Positions 39,846-50,271 of a DNA stretch of 64,000 nt are shown one piece after another. How positions within the stretch are numbered: the stretch's first letter is position 1; each line of letters opens with the position of its first letter. The translations under genes and the position numbers were made by a program. Below the pieces are notes generated by a model, which had not been told where the DNA came from, searched no databases, and was given only the letters and a program-made list of their open reading frames with translations. The stretch comes from Candidatus Bathyarchaeia archaeon (lineage in GTDB: Archaea; Thermoproteota; Bathyarchaeia; Bathyarchaeales; Bathycorpusculaceae): NCBI GenBank assembly GCA_050015395.1, contig JBEKBM010000010.1:1-64000 (forward strand). Reading direction: 5' to 3'.

Positions 39846-40328
39846 ATGGTTGAATGCTCTGTAGAAAAAAAGCAAGGAACCAATTCTTTAGCACGTATTT
39901 TGTTGATTATAATAACTGTTGCGGCTGTCTTTGGCGTCGTTTTGAGTTTAATTTATCCAGAATTTATTAACTTGCTGTCTGTAGGTGGCGCTATTTACAA
40001 TGCGATTTATGTAGTGCTTACCGTGGCCGCTGATGCGCTCTATCTTTTCGGCGGTGGTATTATAGCTTTTGGCGCCATATTGGTAACGATCCGGTTTATT
40101 CAATGTAAACTCAAGGATCCTTTTCAAACATCATCTTCTACGCGGATCTTGTCAGGATATTTAACGTTAGGTCTGAACTTTTTTATTGGCGCAGAAATCA
40201 TTCGTACAGTGGCTGTTAGAACTATTGGCGAGTTCGAATTGCTTCTTTTTGTAATTTTCAGCCGAGGTCTCTTCAGCTTGATTCTTTACTTGGAAAAAAG
40301 ATGGCATGGGACAACTGAAACAGAATAA
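39846..40328 (+). CDS. DUF1622-like membrane protein
   Basis: LTLGLNFFIGAEIIRTV. Confidence 0.75.
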   Translation: MVECSVEKKQGTNSLARILLIIITVAAVFGVVLSLIYPEFINLLSVGGAIYNAIYVVLTVAADALYLFGGGIIAFGAILVTIRFIQCKLKDPFQTSSSTRILSGYLTLGLNFFIGAEIIRTVAVRTIGEFELLLFVIFSRGLFSLILYLEKRWHGTTETE

Positions 40329-40565
40329 ATCGCTTTTTTCCAATAATCTACTATATCCATTTGAGACCATGGGTTTGCATTGTTTTAGTTGTTAAAACTT
40401 AAATCTGAGCGCAGTGCTTTATAGAGAACTAGCTCGGGGCAATATGGGAGAACAAAGAGCTGTCGGAGAGAGTATAGTTAGTAATCAGGCTGATGGCATT
40501 AATTTGGGGATAGACTGCCATCTGCCAATTACCCCAATGTTCTTCGTTTGCATAGTTTTTGTGCA

Positions 40566-40580
40566 GATAACCTTATATAC
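40566..40580 (+). promoter_or_regulatory. Putative BRE/TATA promoter of the hydrogenase operon
   Basis: GATAACC-TTATATAC about 90 bp upstream of the first gene. Confidence 0.45.
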
Positions 40581-40665
40581 ATTCATAATACCGCACTTGG
40601 ATATAACAAGTGCAAATTTAACTCTATCCTTGAGGCAACTTTAATGATTAAGCGCAAAAGCATCA

Positions 40666-41010
40666 GTGGAGACATATCAAATGATTGTTGAAGCCCTCAT
40701 CGCATTTACAATAATATTTATAGCAACATTAGTAATCTACACTTTAGGCAAAAGGTCAGCGCCAAAAACCACCATAAGCGAAAACGAGCAAGCATCATAT
40801 GCTTGCGGAGAGAAAGCGTCATTTCCCGGGTTAAAAGTCAACGTATCACTATACAAGTACCTAATTTACTTCGTAATCTTTGACTCATCCGTACTATTAC
40901 TCGCTTTTGCATCTTTCGCAATAGCAGGCACAAACCCGCTTTTCTTAATCCTTTACCTTGGTATACTTCTTGCCGCATGCTTGGTTCTTTTAGAAGGAGG
41001 TAAAGACTAA
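40666..41010 (+). CDS. Complex I-like subunit A (NuoA/FpoA-like)
   Basis: Three hydrophobic helices, YACGE, YFVIFD. Confidence 0.85.
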   Translation: METYQMIVEALIAFTIIFIATLVIYTLGKRSAPKTTISENEQASYACGEKASFPGLKVNVSLYKYLIYFVIFDSSVLLLAFASFAIAGTNPLFLILYLGILLAACLVLLEGGKD

Positions 41011-41576
41011 TGGCAAACATAATAACATGGGCACGAGTAAAATCACCATGGGTCTTACACTTCAACTCAGGCGCCTGCAACGGATGCGACATAGAAATAG
41101 TCGCCTTACTTACACCAAAATATGACGTTGAACGGTTCGGCGTAAAACTCGAACCCTCACCAAGACACGCTGACGTCCTACTAGTAACAGGCTGCGTCAC
41201 ACAACAATGCGCAGAACGGCTAAAACGAGTATATGACCAAATGCCACAACCCAAATTCGTCGTAGCCATCGGTGCGTGTGCATGCTCAGGCGGCGTTTTT
41301 GCAGGAAACTACAACGTAGTTGGCGGTGTAGACAAAGTGATTCCAGTCACAGCGTACATACCTGGATGCCCACCGCGTCCAGAGGCAATCTTGGATGGTG
41401 TAGTTAAACTTTTAAACGCCCTAAGTCCACCCAAACCAAAGAAGCAACCTAAACAAGTAAAAACTCCTGAATTGCCTAAGGAAGAGGCAAAGCCTGAGGT
41501 TGCAAAACCAGAAGCCGTAACCCAGCAAGAGGTTAAACCGATAGTTGAGGAGGCAAAACCAAACGCCAAACAGTAA
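41010..41576 (+). CDS. Hydrogenase small subunit (NuoB-like)
   Basis: ACNGCDIE, SPRHAD, GACACSGG, IPGCPPRP. Confidence 0.93.
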   Translation: MANIITWARVKSPWVLHFNSGACNGCDIEIVALLTPKYDVERFGVKLEPSPRHADVLLVTGCVTQQCAERLKRVYDQMPQPKFVVAIGACACSGGVFAGNYNVVGGVDKVIPVTAYIPGCPPRPEAILDGVVKLLNALSPPKPKKQPKQVKTPELPKEEAKPEVAKPEAVTQQEVKPIVEEAKPNAKQ

Positions 41577-43137
41577 CATAGACATTATTAACGTAATTGA
41601 AACCAAACTCAAAGACAAAGTCCAAATTCAACTAGGCCAACTTGGCAAAGCCGCAATAGTCACCAGCAATGGCTTACACAGAGACGTGCTCAAAGCAATG
41701 GTGGAGGCAGACGAGAAAACCGCTATCATAGCCATTACCGGTTTAGACCTTGGAGCAAACCTAGGCGTACTATACCATATTCGCACTTCAAACGCGTTCC
41801 TAACCATACGAGCAGAAGTGCCAAAGGACAACCCAAAAATTCAAACAGTAATCGACATTATTCCCGGCGCCGTATTTCATGAATTGGAAGTGTCTGACCT
41901 CTTAGGTGTAGTCTTCGAAGGGAACAGGCTCCCAGGACACTTTGTTTTATCAGAATATTGGCCTGAGGGCGTTTACCCCTTAAGGAAAGATGTTAAAGCA
42001 AGTGAAATAAAACTAAACCCGCCACCTCCTGAAGAAGAAAAACAACCGGAATATGGCAAAATCGTAAAAATCATTATTGGTCCACAGCACCCTGCACTAT
42101 TGGAACCAGAAAAATTCGCCGTAACAGTTGATGGAGAAACTGTAACTAAAGTTGAACCCAGAATCGGCTACGTGCACAGGGGAATAGAAAAAGCAGCTGA
42201 ATCACGCACTTACCTGCAAGATGTTTACTTGATTGAGCGAATCTGCGGCATATGTAACACCATACATGCTTGTAACTTCGTTGAAGGTGTTGAAAAAATA
42301 TTAAAAACTGAGGTTCCGCCAAGAGCCAAGTATCTGCGAGTAATAGCTTTAGAACTCAACCGGCTACATAGCCACTTACTAACGTTGGGTCACGCAGGGT
42401 TAGAAATAGGTTATGAAACGTTGTTCCAGTATTTCTGGAGAGACCGAGAGCCAATCATGGATCTAATTGAGTTAACCAGCGGTAACCGTGTTTACGCGTC
42501 ACTCATGACTGTAGGCGGCGTAAGACGAGACCTAAAAGACACTGACCTCCCCAAAATCAAGACGACCTTGGAGGACCTGAGGAAGAAGCTGCCGTTCTAC
42601 AGGCAAATCTACCGGGACGAACCTTCAATAAAGGCTCGTATGCAAAAGGTGGGTGTACTTAAAAGAGAAGATGCATTAAAACTGTGCGTTGTTGGTCCAG
42701 TAGCCCGAGGATCAGGTGTTGACATTGACGTACGCAAGGATGAGCCTTATGAAGCGTATGGCGAGATTCCATTCAAAGAGATAGTTTATACTGAGGGCGA
42801 TACGTGGGCAAGAATGAATGTCCGTATGAATGAAGTTGAAGAAAGCATCAATATAATCGAGTACGCAATTGACCACTTGCCAACAGGGCCATTCCGAGTT
42901 AAGGCGCCGAGAGTTGTTCCTGCAGGTGAAGCTGTTAACCGGGTTGAAGCTCCAAGAGGCGAGCTATTCTGCTACATTAAAAGCAACGGCACAGCCTTTC
43001 CAGAACGCGTCAAAGTGCGCACTCCAACATACGCTAACATTCCCGCCTTCCTCAAAACAGCAATAGGTGAAAACATAGCTGACGTTCCTCCGAACTTTGT
43101 TAGCTTAGACCCATGCTTCTCATGCACAGACAGATGA
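41545..43137 (+). CDS. Fused NuoC-like domain plus group 4 [NiFe]-hydrogenase large subunit
   Basis: YPLRKD, GPQHP, GYVHRGIEK, L1 ERICGIC, L2 DPCFSCTDR at the C-terminus. Confidence 0.92.
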   Translation: MRRQNQTPNSNIDIINVIETKLKDKVQIQLGQLGKAAIVTSNGLHRDVLKAMVEADEKTAIIAITGLDLGANLGVLYHIRTSNAFLTIRAEVPKDNPKIQTVIDIIPGAVFHELEVSDLLGVVFEGNRLPGHFVLSEYWPEGVYPLRKDVKASEIKLNPPPPEEEKQPEYGKIVKIIIGPQHPALLEPEKFAVTVDGETVTKVEPRIGYVHRGIEKAAESRTYLQDVYLIERICGICNTIHACNFVEGVEKILKTEVPPRAKYLRVIALELNRLHSHLLTLGHAGLEIGYETLFQYFWRDREPIMDLIELTSGNRVYASLMTVGGVRRDLKDTDLPKIKTTLEDLRKKLPFYRQIYRDEPSIKARMQKVGVLKREDALKLCVVGPVARGSGVDIDVRKDEPYEAYGEIPFKEIVYTEGDTWARMNVRMNEVEESINIIEYAIDHLPTGPFRVKAPRVVPAGEAVNRVEAPRGELFCYIKSNGTAFPERVKVRTPTYANIPAFLKTAIGENIADVPPNFVSLDPCFSCTDR

Positions 43138-43143
43138 TAACAA

Positions 43144-44130
43144 ATGATTGACTTCGACTTAATCCTCCGAATATTAATCTTCCCTGGCTTCACATTTATA
43201 CTTCTGTTAACTTTATTCTGCGATTGGGTTGAGCGAAAGCTCGAAGCCCGCTTACAAAACCGCGTTGGCCCCATGGTCGCAGGACCAGGTGGAATTCTTC
43301 AGCCATTAGCGGACTTCATAAAGCTGTTAACAAAAGAAGACATTGAACCAAGAGACGCTAAAAAAACCGTTTTCAAGTTTGCACCCCTTATTGCCTTTAC
43401 AATTATGGTTTTCGCAATATGCTTTTTACCTATTGATGGTGCAAGTGTGCTTTCCACAACCGGGTTTAATGGTGACTTAATCGTTATTTTGACATTCTCT
43501 ACAATTGCTAGCTTTCTATTGTTCCTTTCAGGATGGGCATCATGCAATCCTTATGGCACTATAGGCTCAGCAAGAGTGTTAACCCAGTTCTTAGGTTATG
43601 ATATACCGCTTTTCATGCTTGCGTTAACACCGGCATTTATCGCTGGAAGCTTAAGCATATTCGTCATAGCTTCAAGCCAGACAATTCCATACATACTTTT
43701 GGCGCCATGGGCTTTCGTCCTGTTCATAATTGCTATGCAGGCGGAACTGGAAAAAGGTCCCTTTGACGTCCCCGATGCAGAAAGCGAATTGGTCGGCGGA
43801 TTAGAAACCGAATACACAGGCGCCAAATTAGCCTTCCTTCACTTGACACGTGACGTGCAAATTGTCTTCGGAGCAGCCTTGGTGGTTGAATTGTTCCTTG
43901 GCGGACCATACGGGCCAGTATTTTTTGGGTTGCCGGCGTTCTGGTATTCCTTGTGGTTTGTACTTAAGCTGTTGGCAGTCGTAATAGTTGCTGAGTATAT
44001 AACAACCCTTTTTGCAAGATTGCGCATAGACCAGGTATTATCAGCTAACTGGAGGATAATCTTACCCGCAGCAATATTATCGCTAATGCTAACCGTAGCA
44101 ATGGTAACATGGGTGTATCCGTTGGTGTAA
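43144..44130 (+). CDS. NuoH-like membrane subunit
   Basis: ERKLEARLQNRVGP, QPLADFIKL, PFDVPDAESELVGG. Confidence 0.92.
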   Translation: MIDFDLILRILIFPGFTFILLLTLFCDWVERKLEARLQNRVGPMVAGPGGILQPLADFIKLLTKEDIEPRDAKKTVFKFAPLIAFTIMVFAICFLPIDGASVLSTTGFNGDLIVILTFSTIASFLLFLSGWASCNPYGTIGSARVLTQFLGYDIPLFMLALTPAFIAGSLSIFVIASSQTIPYILLAPWAFVLFIIAMQAELEKGPFDVPDAESELVGGLETEYTGAKLAFLHLTRDVQIVFGAALVVELFLGGPYGPVFFGLPAFWYSLWFVLKLLAVVIVAEYITTLFARLRIDQVLSANWRIILPAAILSLMLTVAMVTWVYPLV

Positions 44131-44134
44131 AAAA

Positions 44135-44518
44135 ATGACGAAGACAAAAAAATCACGCATATCTCCAATGTGGAAAAGAACTGTTTCGCATATCTTCACC
44201 AAACCAGCCACAACAAAGTATCCCTTCGTGAAACCTCAGCTTCCCGATGACTTCCGAGGCCAACCAGTATTCGATATTAAATTATGCGTCAGTTGCGGTC
44301 TATGCAGCCGAGATTGCCCAGCAAAAGCCATTGAAATGGTTGAAGTTGAAGGCAAAAGACGCCCACAATTCAAGCTGGACCAATGCATCTTCTGTTACCA
44401 ATGTGCGGAAAGCTGCCCCAGAAACGCAATTAAAAGCTCAGTTTTCTACGAGTTAGCCACAACTGATAAATCCTCATTAGTCATAAAGCCTCAAACAAGC
44501 GTTAAGAAAGGTGCATAG
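44135..44518 (+). CDS. 2x[4Fe-4S] subunit (NuoI-like)
   Basis: CVSCGLCSRDCP, CIFCYQCAESCP. Confidence 0.92.
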   Translation: MTKTKKSRISPMWKRTVSHIFTKPATTKYPFVKPQLPDDFRGQPVFDIKLCVSCGLCSRDCPAKAIEMVEVEGKRRPQFKLDQCIFCYQCAESCPRNAIKSSVFYELATTDKSSLVIKPQTSVKKGA

Positions 44519-44520
44519 CA

Positions 44521-44982
44521 GTGATCCTTGAGGTCCTCTCAATAGGCTTAATAGTTTCCGCTTGCCTGGCACTGTTCCTTGACGAAGTTATGTATTCTGT
44601 TGCTGCTCTATCAGGAACTTTTCTTTTCACAGCATTACTGTACTATGTTAACGGTGCGGTTTATGCAGCTATTTTCCAGTTCGCCGTCGGTGTAGGCACA
44701 TTAGCCATCCTGTTCTTATCAGGAGAAATGTTGAGTGATAAATCTACAAAGAAAACATCACCTAAAAAGACCGCAGCCTTGATTGGTGCAGGCGTAGTTT
44801 TAACATTGCCTGCAATCTTTCTTTCAGTTTCCAGCTCAACAGGAGTATATTCCGATGCTTCTTTTGGCGATGCCTTATGGAACTTAAGCGGCGTAGACGT
44901 TATTTTACAAGCTCTAGTTATTTTGACGGTAGCATTAGGAATCGCTATCATTTTGTATGAGCAGAAGAAAGGTGGGAAATAA
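44521..44982 (+). CDS. NuoJ-like membrane subunit
   Basis: Five hydrophobic segments; position in the operon. Confidence 0.75.
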   Translation: MILEVLSIGLIVSACLALFLDEVMYSVAALSGTFLFTALLYYVNGAVYAAIFQFAVGVGTLAILFLSGEMLSDKSTKKTSPKKTAALIGAGVVLTLPAIFLSVSSSTGVYSDASFGDALWNLSGVDVILQALVILTVALGIAIILYEQKKGGK

Positions 44983-45296
44983 TGGACTTTGTTATATTAT
45001 CACTGGTAATGCTGGCAATCGGCATCTATGGCTTGCTAACTAATCGGCAGCTCTTGAAAGTCTTCATTTCAATTGAGCTAATCGCTACTGCCGCAACGTT
45101 GAATTTTGTGATGCTTGCTTCTTCCGCGGGTCAAGGTTTAGGACAAGCCTTTCTGATATTGGCGTTTTCTACTGATACTGCCATTAGCGCGGTAATTCTG
45201 TCGTTGCTAGTTATTGTATCTAAAAAGTATGGAACAAGTAACATCAATGAAATACTAAAAATGCAAGAAAAAAGGGACAGTGAGGCTGAACAATAA
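44982..45296 (+). CDS. NuoK-like membrane subunit
   Basis: IGIYGLL...ISIEL. Confidence 0.82.
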   Translation: MDFVILSLVMLAIGIYGLLTNRQLLKVFISIELIATAATLNFVMLASSAGQGLGQAFLILAFSTDTAISAVILSLLVIVSKKYGTSNINEILKMQEKRDSEAEQ

Positions 45297-47197
45297 TGGC
45301 GTTTGATGATATTTCCGCATGGCTTGTTTGGGTATTTCCGCTTGTTGCAAGCGTGTTCGTTCCCTTAATCGCAAAAAAAGGCGACAAAGTTCGAAACTAC
45401 TTTGTCATAGCAGTTGCAGTAGTTACCGCAGCCTTTGCGTTTTCACTTGTACCTGGCGTCTTTTTCGGCAATGGGCTACCAACAGAATCGACAATTCCTT
45501 GGATTGCAGGCATCAACGCTGGAGTATACATTGATCCGCTGTCGATATTGTTCACGTGCCTTGTTGCCTTCTTCGGGTTAATTATCGCCATCTACTCTTG
45601 GGGTTACATGAAAGGCGAAGAAGGATTAACACGATACTACTTCCTAATTCTACTTTTCATAGGCTCAATGATAGGCCTTGTGATCTCAGATAACCTGCTT
45701 CAGTTGTTCATTTTCTGGGAAATGGTAGGCTTATGCTCTTACGCGTTAATTGCTTTCTGGTATAAACGGCCCGAATCAGTTAATGCAGGCAATAAAGCTT
45801 TCATCATGACCCGCATCGGCGACATATCCCTGCTTGCAGCCATCGGTATACTTTACATGACTTACGGAACCTTCAGTCTCCATGGAATAATCAGTGACAT
45901 GCAATCAGCTGCAGCAGCAGGAACTTTGAACACGGGACTTATGGTCACGGCTTTCTTCCTAGTTTTAGGCGGCGCAATCGCAAAGTCCGCTCAGCTCCCA
46001 TTGTTCACTTGGCTCTACAGCGCAATGGAGGCACCAACTTCAGTCAGCGCCCTATTGCACGCTGCCACAATGGTTAAGGCAGGTATCTACCTTCTTGCAA
46101 GATTCATCCTCATAGCTGCAGCAGTCGCTCCCTTAATGATCGCGCTTCAGCCGTACTGGTTGCCAACAGTAGCTTGGATAGGGGTCTTAACGGCGATTGT
46201 CGGCGCTACGTTGGCTTTAACCACAACTGACATCAAAGGGGTTCTTGCATACTCAACTGTTAGTCAACTCGGTTTCATGATGGCTGCTTTAGGTTCAGCT
46301 CTTAACGGGGCTGCATCTGTCGGCTGGTTCGCAAGTTTATTCCAAATGGTAAGCCATGCTTTCTTCGAAGGCCTCGGTTTCCTCCTTGCAGGAGGCATCA
46401 TACATGCACTCGGCACAAGAGACATGCGGTTGATGGGTGGCTTAAGGAAAGCTATGCCCGTCACCTTCGCTTTGATGGTGATAATGGTTATAACTACTAG
46501 CGGTCTGCCTCCTTTCGCTGCATTCTTCAGTAAAGGCTTAATTATTACCAGCGTAACCGGTGCAGGGTACTTGGCAGAGGCAATCCTGCTTTATGCCACA
46601 ACGGCAATTACGTTTGCTTATGTGATACGGATGTTAAGTCTAGTTTTCATGGGTAAAGAATCAGAACACTTAATCAAACAGCATCCGCATGAAGCTCCAA
46701 ATGTTATGCTAATCCCAGCTGCGGTACTTGCAGGCTTATGCATTGTTTGGGGTTTAGCTGAGCCTCTGGTACAGACATTTATGCATGTAAACCTTGGACT
46801 CACACTCCTCGGCTCATTCACCAACATTGAAACACCCATTTTCCTAGCTCTCCTCGTGCCGACTGGATTACTTTTGTACTGGAGTTACTACAAGAACTAT
46901 CAAGCCGTGAGAAATATTGGTGGCGGTTCAAATCCAATTGCAACAATGCTAAATCACGCTTACTTCTTTGACGACATCTACGATGCCGTAACCAAAGGAA
47001 TCGGAAAGTTTTCTGAAGGCCTTAAATATGTTGATGATTTGGCGAATCTGGGATTAAACTCCTTTGCAGGTTGGTTTGTGCGAGCCTCTTCAAAGCTGAA
47101 AAAAGTGCCATCCACAACGGTTCAAAATTACATTGCTGCCGGAATAGTTGGTTTCATACTAATCGTAGTGCTGATAATATTAACGGTAGGGGTGTAA
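45296..47197 (+). CDS. NuoL-like antiporter subunit
   Basis: FWEMVG, AKSAQLP, AMEAPTSVSALLHAATMV. Confidence 0.92.
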   Translation: MAFDDISAWLVWVFPLVASVFVPLIAKKGDKVRNYFVIAVAVVTAAFAFSLVPGVFFGNGLPTESTIPWIAGINAGVYIDPLSILFTCLVAFFGLIIAIYSWGYMKGEEGLTRYYFLILLFIGSMIGLVISDNLLQLFIFWEMVGLCSYALIAFWYKRPESVNAGNKAFIMTRIGDISLLAAIGILYMTYGTFSLHGIISDMQSAAAAGTLNTGLMVTAFFLVLGGAIAKSAQLPLFTWLYSAMEAPTSVSALLHAATMVKAGIYLLARFILIAAAVAPLMIALQPYWLPTVAWIGVLTAIVGATLALTTTDIKGVLAYSTVSQLGFMMAALGSALNGAASVGWFASLFQMVSHAFFEGLGFLLAGGIIHALGTRDMRLMGGLRKAMPVTFALMVIMVITTSGLPPFAAFFSKGLIITSVTGAGYLAEAILLYATTAITFAYVIRMLSLVFMGKESEHLIKQHPHEAPNVMLIPAAVLAGLCIVWGLAEPLVQTFMHVNLGLTLLGSFTNIETPIFLALLVPTGLLLYWSYYKNYQAVRNIGGGSNPIATMLNHAYFFDDIYDAVTKGIGKFSEGLKYVDDLANLGLNSFAGWFVRASSKLKKVPSTTVQNYIAAGIVGFILIVVLIILTVGV

Positions 47198-47201
47198 TGA
47201 A

Positions 47202-48749
47202 ATGACTTTTGCTCTTCTAGCAGTATTTGCAATTCCAACTCTAAGCATACCATTGGTTTACCTTACTGGAAAGAAATCGCCTAAAGCTGCAGCGATCTTT
47301 ATTGCTTTAATTGCCCTAGTTAACATAGCGTTACTCTTAACGACTGTTCCAACGATTCTCAACAGCTCAACCCATCAATACACTGAATCCTACACCTGGA
47401 TTTCCGTAATCAAAACGTCATTCACACTTTTCGCCGACGGCATCAGCGTTTCCATAGCCCTAGTAAGCCTCATTCTTATTCTAGTTGCGGCTCTGTTCTC
47501 AATCTCCTACATGACTGGAAAAAAGAACCTGCCAGTCTTCTATGCATTACTATGCATGCTTACTGTCGGCTCAGTAGGCGTCTTCCTAACATCTAACCTT
47601 ATCCTATTCTACTTCTGCTGGGAACTAATGCTTGTCCCAGCATACTTCATCATTGGCGAATGGGGCTACAAAGACTCATACAAGCATGCATTCAAATTCT
47701 TCATATACACACATGCAGGCGCCGTCTTCGTACTCTTAGGCATCGGCGCAACCTACATAGCAACAGGAACCACCAATATGTTTCAAGCCCAAGCTGCCCT
47801 AATGACGGCTAGCCCAACTCTTGTCAAGTGGATTCTCATAGCCTTAACCGCAGGATTCGCTGTTAAAATGGCTGTTATACCAGTCCACATGTGGCTGCCC
47901 GATGCTTACTCTGAAGCGCCTGCACCAATGTCAGCGCTGTTAGGCGGTGTCATGATAAGTGCAGGAGCTTACGCAATGCTTCGCCTTTCACTGGGAATAG
48001 TTTTCCCAGCAGTCGGAATAACATTCGGAACAAACTTCCTACATGCGTTAGCCATTGTCGGCGTACTTTCCGCCTTCTTTGGGTCACTAATAGCGTTAGT
48101 TTCAACTGATATAAAACGGCTTATCGCATACTCAAGCATCGCCCAAATGGGTTACATAATGTTCGGGCTTTCACTCTTTCCCGCAAATGCCGCTGCTGGA
48201 ATAGTTGTACTTCTGGCCTCATCCATCGCAATAACCGGAACTGTCCTTCATATTATCAGCCACGCCCTAAGCAAAGGCCTCCTCTTCCTCACTGCAGGAG
48301 GGGTAATGCATCAAACAGAAAAAAGAGATATCCGTAAAATGGGTGGATTAGCATCCAAGATGCCGTTCACAGCGGTTTCATCAACTATAGCAGCCTTAAG
48401 CATAGGCGGAGCGCCACCTTTCGCATGCTTTATCAGTGAATTTCTAATATTCGTCGGCGCTTTCCAAATAATACACGTTGATTCATTTTACATTATACCC
48501 ACTGCTCTTATGCTCATAGTAACGGTGCTTTCGCTTGCATACATGCTGAGATTCACTTCAAATGTTTTCCTTGGTCAATCAAAAGACGAAGAGGGCGAAA
48601 TAAGCGAAGAGGGCAAAGAGGAAAAGAAAACTCTTGAGGTTTCAAACTACATGAAGCTGTCTTTCGCTATCTTAGTGGTATTAATCATCCTTGTAGGGAT
48701 CTACCCAACATTCTTCCTAAATCTAATTCAAACGGTGAGGATTGGTTAA
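47202..48749 (+). CDS. NuoM-like antiporter subunit
   Basis: WELMLVP, HMWLPDAYSEAP, IAYSSIAQMG. Confidence 0.9.
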   Translation: MTFALLAVFAIPTLSIPLVYLTGKKSPKAAAIFIALIALVNIALLLTTVPTILNSSTHQYTESYTWISVIKTSFTLFADGISVSIALVSLILILVAALFSISYMTGKKNLPVFYALLCMLTVGSVGVFLTSNLILFYFCWELMLVPAYFIIGEWGYKDSYKHAFKFFIYTHAGAVFVLLGIGATYIATGTTNMFQAQAALMTASPTLVKWILIALTAGFAVKMAVIPVHMWLPDAYSEAPAPMSALLGGVMISAGAYAMLRLSLGIVFPAVGITFGTNFLHALAIVGVLSAFFGSLIALVSTDIKRLIAYSSIAQMGYIMFGLSLFPANAAAGIVVLLASSIAITGTVLHIISHALSKGLLFLTAGGVMHQTEKRDIRKMGGLASKMPFTAVSSTIAALSIGGAPPFACFISEFLIFVGAFQIIHVDSFYIIPTALMLIVTVLSLAYMLRFTSNVFLGQSKDEEGEISEEGKEEKKTLEVSNYMKLSFAILVVLIILVGIYPTFFLNLIQTVRIG

Positions 48750-48762
48750 CTGAGGGTGAACT

Positions 48763-50271
48763 TTGATGGTTGAAATAATAGATGCCCTATTACCGATATT
48801 TACTCTAGCTATCGCAGCATTGCTAACTATTCCAGTGTTCAGGCTGATAAGAAAAAGCAATTACAAGACTGCCTTGACCCTGGGCTGGTTCATAGCCGTG
48901 TTTGCAATTGCAGGCGCAACAGTAGCTAACTTAGCGCTTAACTATTACAGTACACCCTCACCGGGCATTATTAGCTTGGGCTTAAGCGGGGCTGCTTCAT
49001 CAATTTTCTCAAGCGCCTTCCTAGTAGACGCCATCTCAATTTACATGGCAATAATCATAGTAGCAATCAGCGCCGTAGTCCTAATCTACACCGTGTTCGC
49101 CGTCGGCTCAAACGACAGGCCATCAGAACGATACTTCGCCATCATGCTAATGACCACCGCGTCCTTACTTGGCGCTGTCCTCGCCGGCGACCTCCTAACA
49201 CTCTTCATATTCTGGGAAGCCGCAACAGCAGGCGGAGCATTCTTAATGCTATTCAAGAAAAACGCGTTCTCCATCAATGCCACACTAAAATATCTCATCA
49301 TGATCATCATCGCTTCAGCATTCGTAGTCTTAGGGCTTTCACTCGTCTACGGTTTAACAGGAACCCTAAACTATCTGGCAGTTGGCCAAGATTTAAAAAC
49401 TTTAAGTAATAATCACCTGCTTATCATAGCATTCATATTCATAGCAGCCGGCTACGCCATTGAAGCGGCAATTGTACCCTTCCACTTCTGGCTACCAGAC
49501 GCTTACACCGCAGCCCCAGCGCCATCAGCAGCTTTCCTCTCAGCCCTCGTTGACCAAGGAAGCTACTACATCCTCATAAGAGTACTCTTGTACATCTTAC
49601 TTCCCTCAACGATAAACTGGACTATCATGTTAGCCGTCATGGCAGCATTAACCATGATTGTAGGCAACTTGTTTGCATTAATACAGAATGACGTAAAACG
49701 TTTAATGGCATACATCTGCGTAGCCGATGTGGGCTATAACCTTGTAGCAATATCAAGCGTAACCGCAGTTGGCTTACTTGGCAACCTTTACTTCTTTTTA
49801 ATCGGCGGCATAACCACAGCCCTCGCTTTCATGACAATCGGCATCATAAACAGTCACGGATTCAAAAGCTTAGACGACTTCTCGGGTCTAGGAAAGAAAA
49901 TGCCGCTTGTATGTTTAGCCTTGGTAATGGCTGGGCTTTCATTTGCGGGTGTTCCACCCTTCGGAGGGTTCATAGGTAAATACTTAGTCTTCACTGCAGC
50001 TATAGAAGCGAACCTAAGCTGGCTAGCAGTTATCGGCGTTTTGACAAGTGTCCTTCAAACCGCATACTTGTTCAGGCTAATCTATGTCATGTACGGAAAG
50101 AAATCCAAAGACGAAACAGCAATAAAAGAATCAAAACGGATACTTATCCCAATCTTCATCCTGGCTGGGTCACTGATAATCTTGGGCCTGTTCCCAAGCA
50201 TCGTGCTCAACCTAATCCACCCCGTTGTACACCAACTCCAATCAATTATACCAAATCTACCAACAGTATAA
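48763..50271 (+). CDS. NuoN-like antiporter subunit
   Basis: PFHFWLPDAY, AGVPPFGGFIGK. Confidence 0.9.
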   Translation: MMVEIIDALLPIFTLAIAALLTIPVFRLIRKSNYKTALTLGWFIAVFAIAGATVANLALNYYSTPSPGIISLGLSGAASSIFSSAFLVDAISIYMAIIIVAISAVVLIYTVFAVGSNDRPSERYFAIMLMTTASLLGAVLAGDLLTLFIFWEAATAGGAFLMLFKKNAFSINATLKYLIMIIIASAFVVLGLSLVYGLTGTLNYLAVGQDLKTLSNNHLLIIAFIFIAAGYAIEAAIVPFHFWLPDAYTAAPAPSAAFLSALVDQGSYYILIRVLLYILLPSTINWTIMLAVMAALTMIVGNLFALIQNDVKRLMAYICVADVGYNLVAISSVTAVGLLGNLYFFLIGGITTALAFMTIGIINSHGFKSLDDFSGLGKKMPLVCLALVMAGLSFAGVPPFGGFIGKYLVFTAAIEANLSWLAVIGVLTSVLQTAYLFRLIYVMYGKKSKDETAIKESKRILIPIFILAGSLIILGLFPSIVLNLIHPVVHQLQSIIPNLPTV

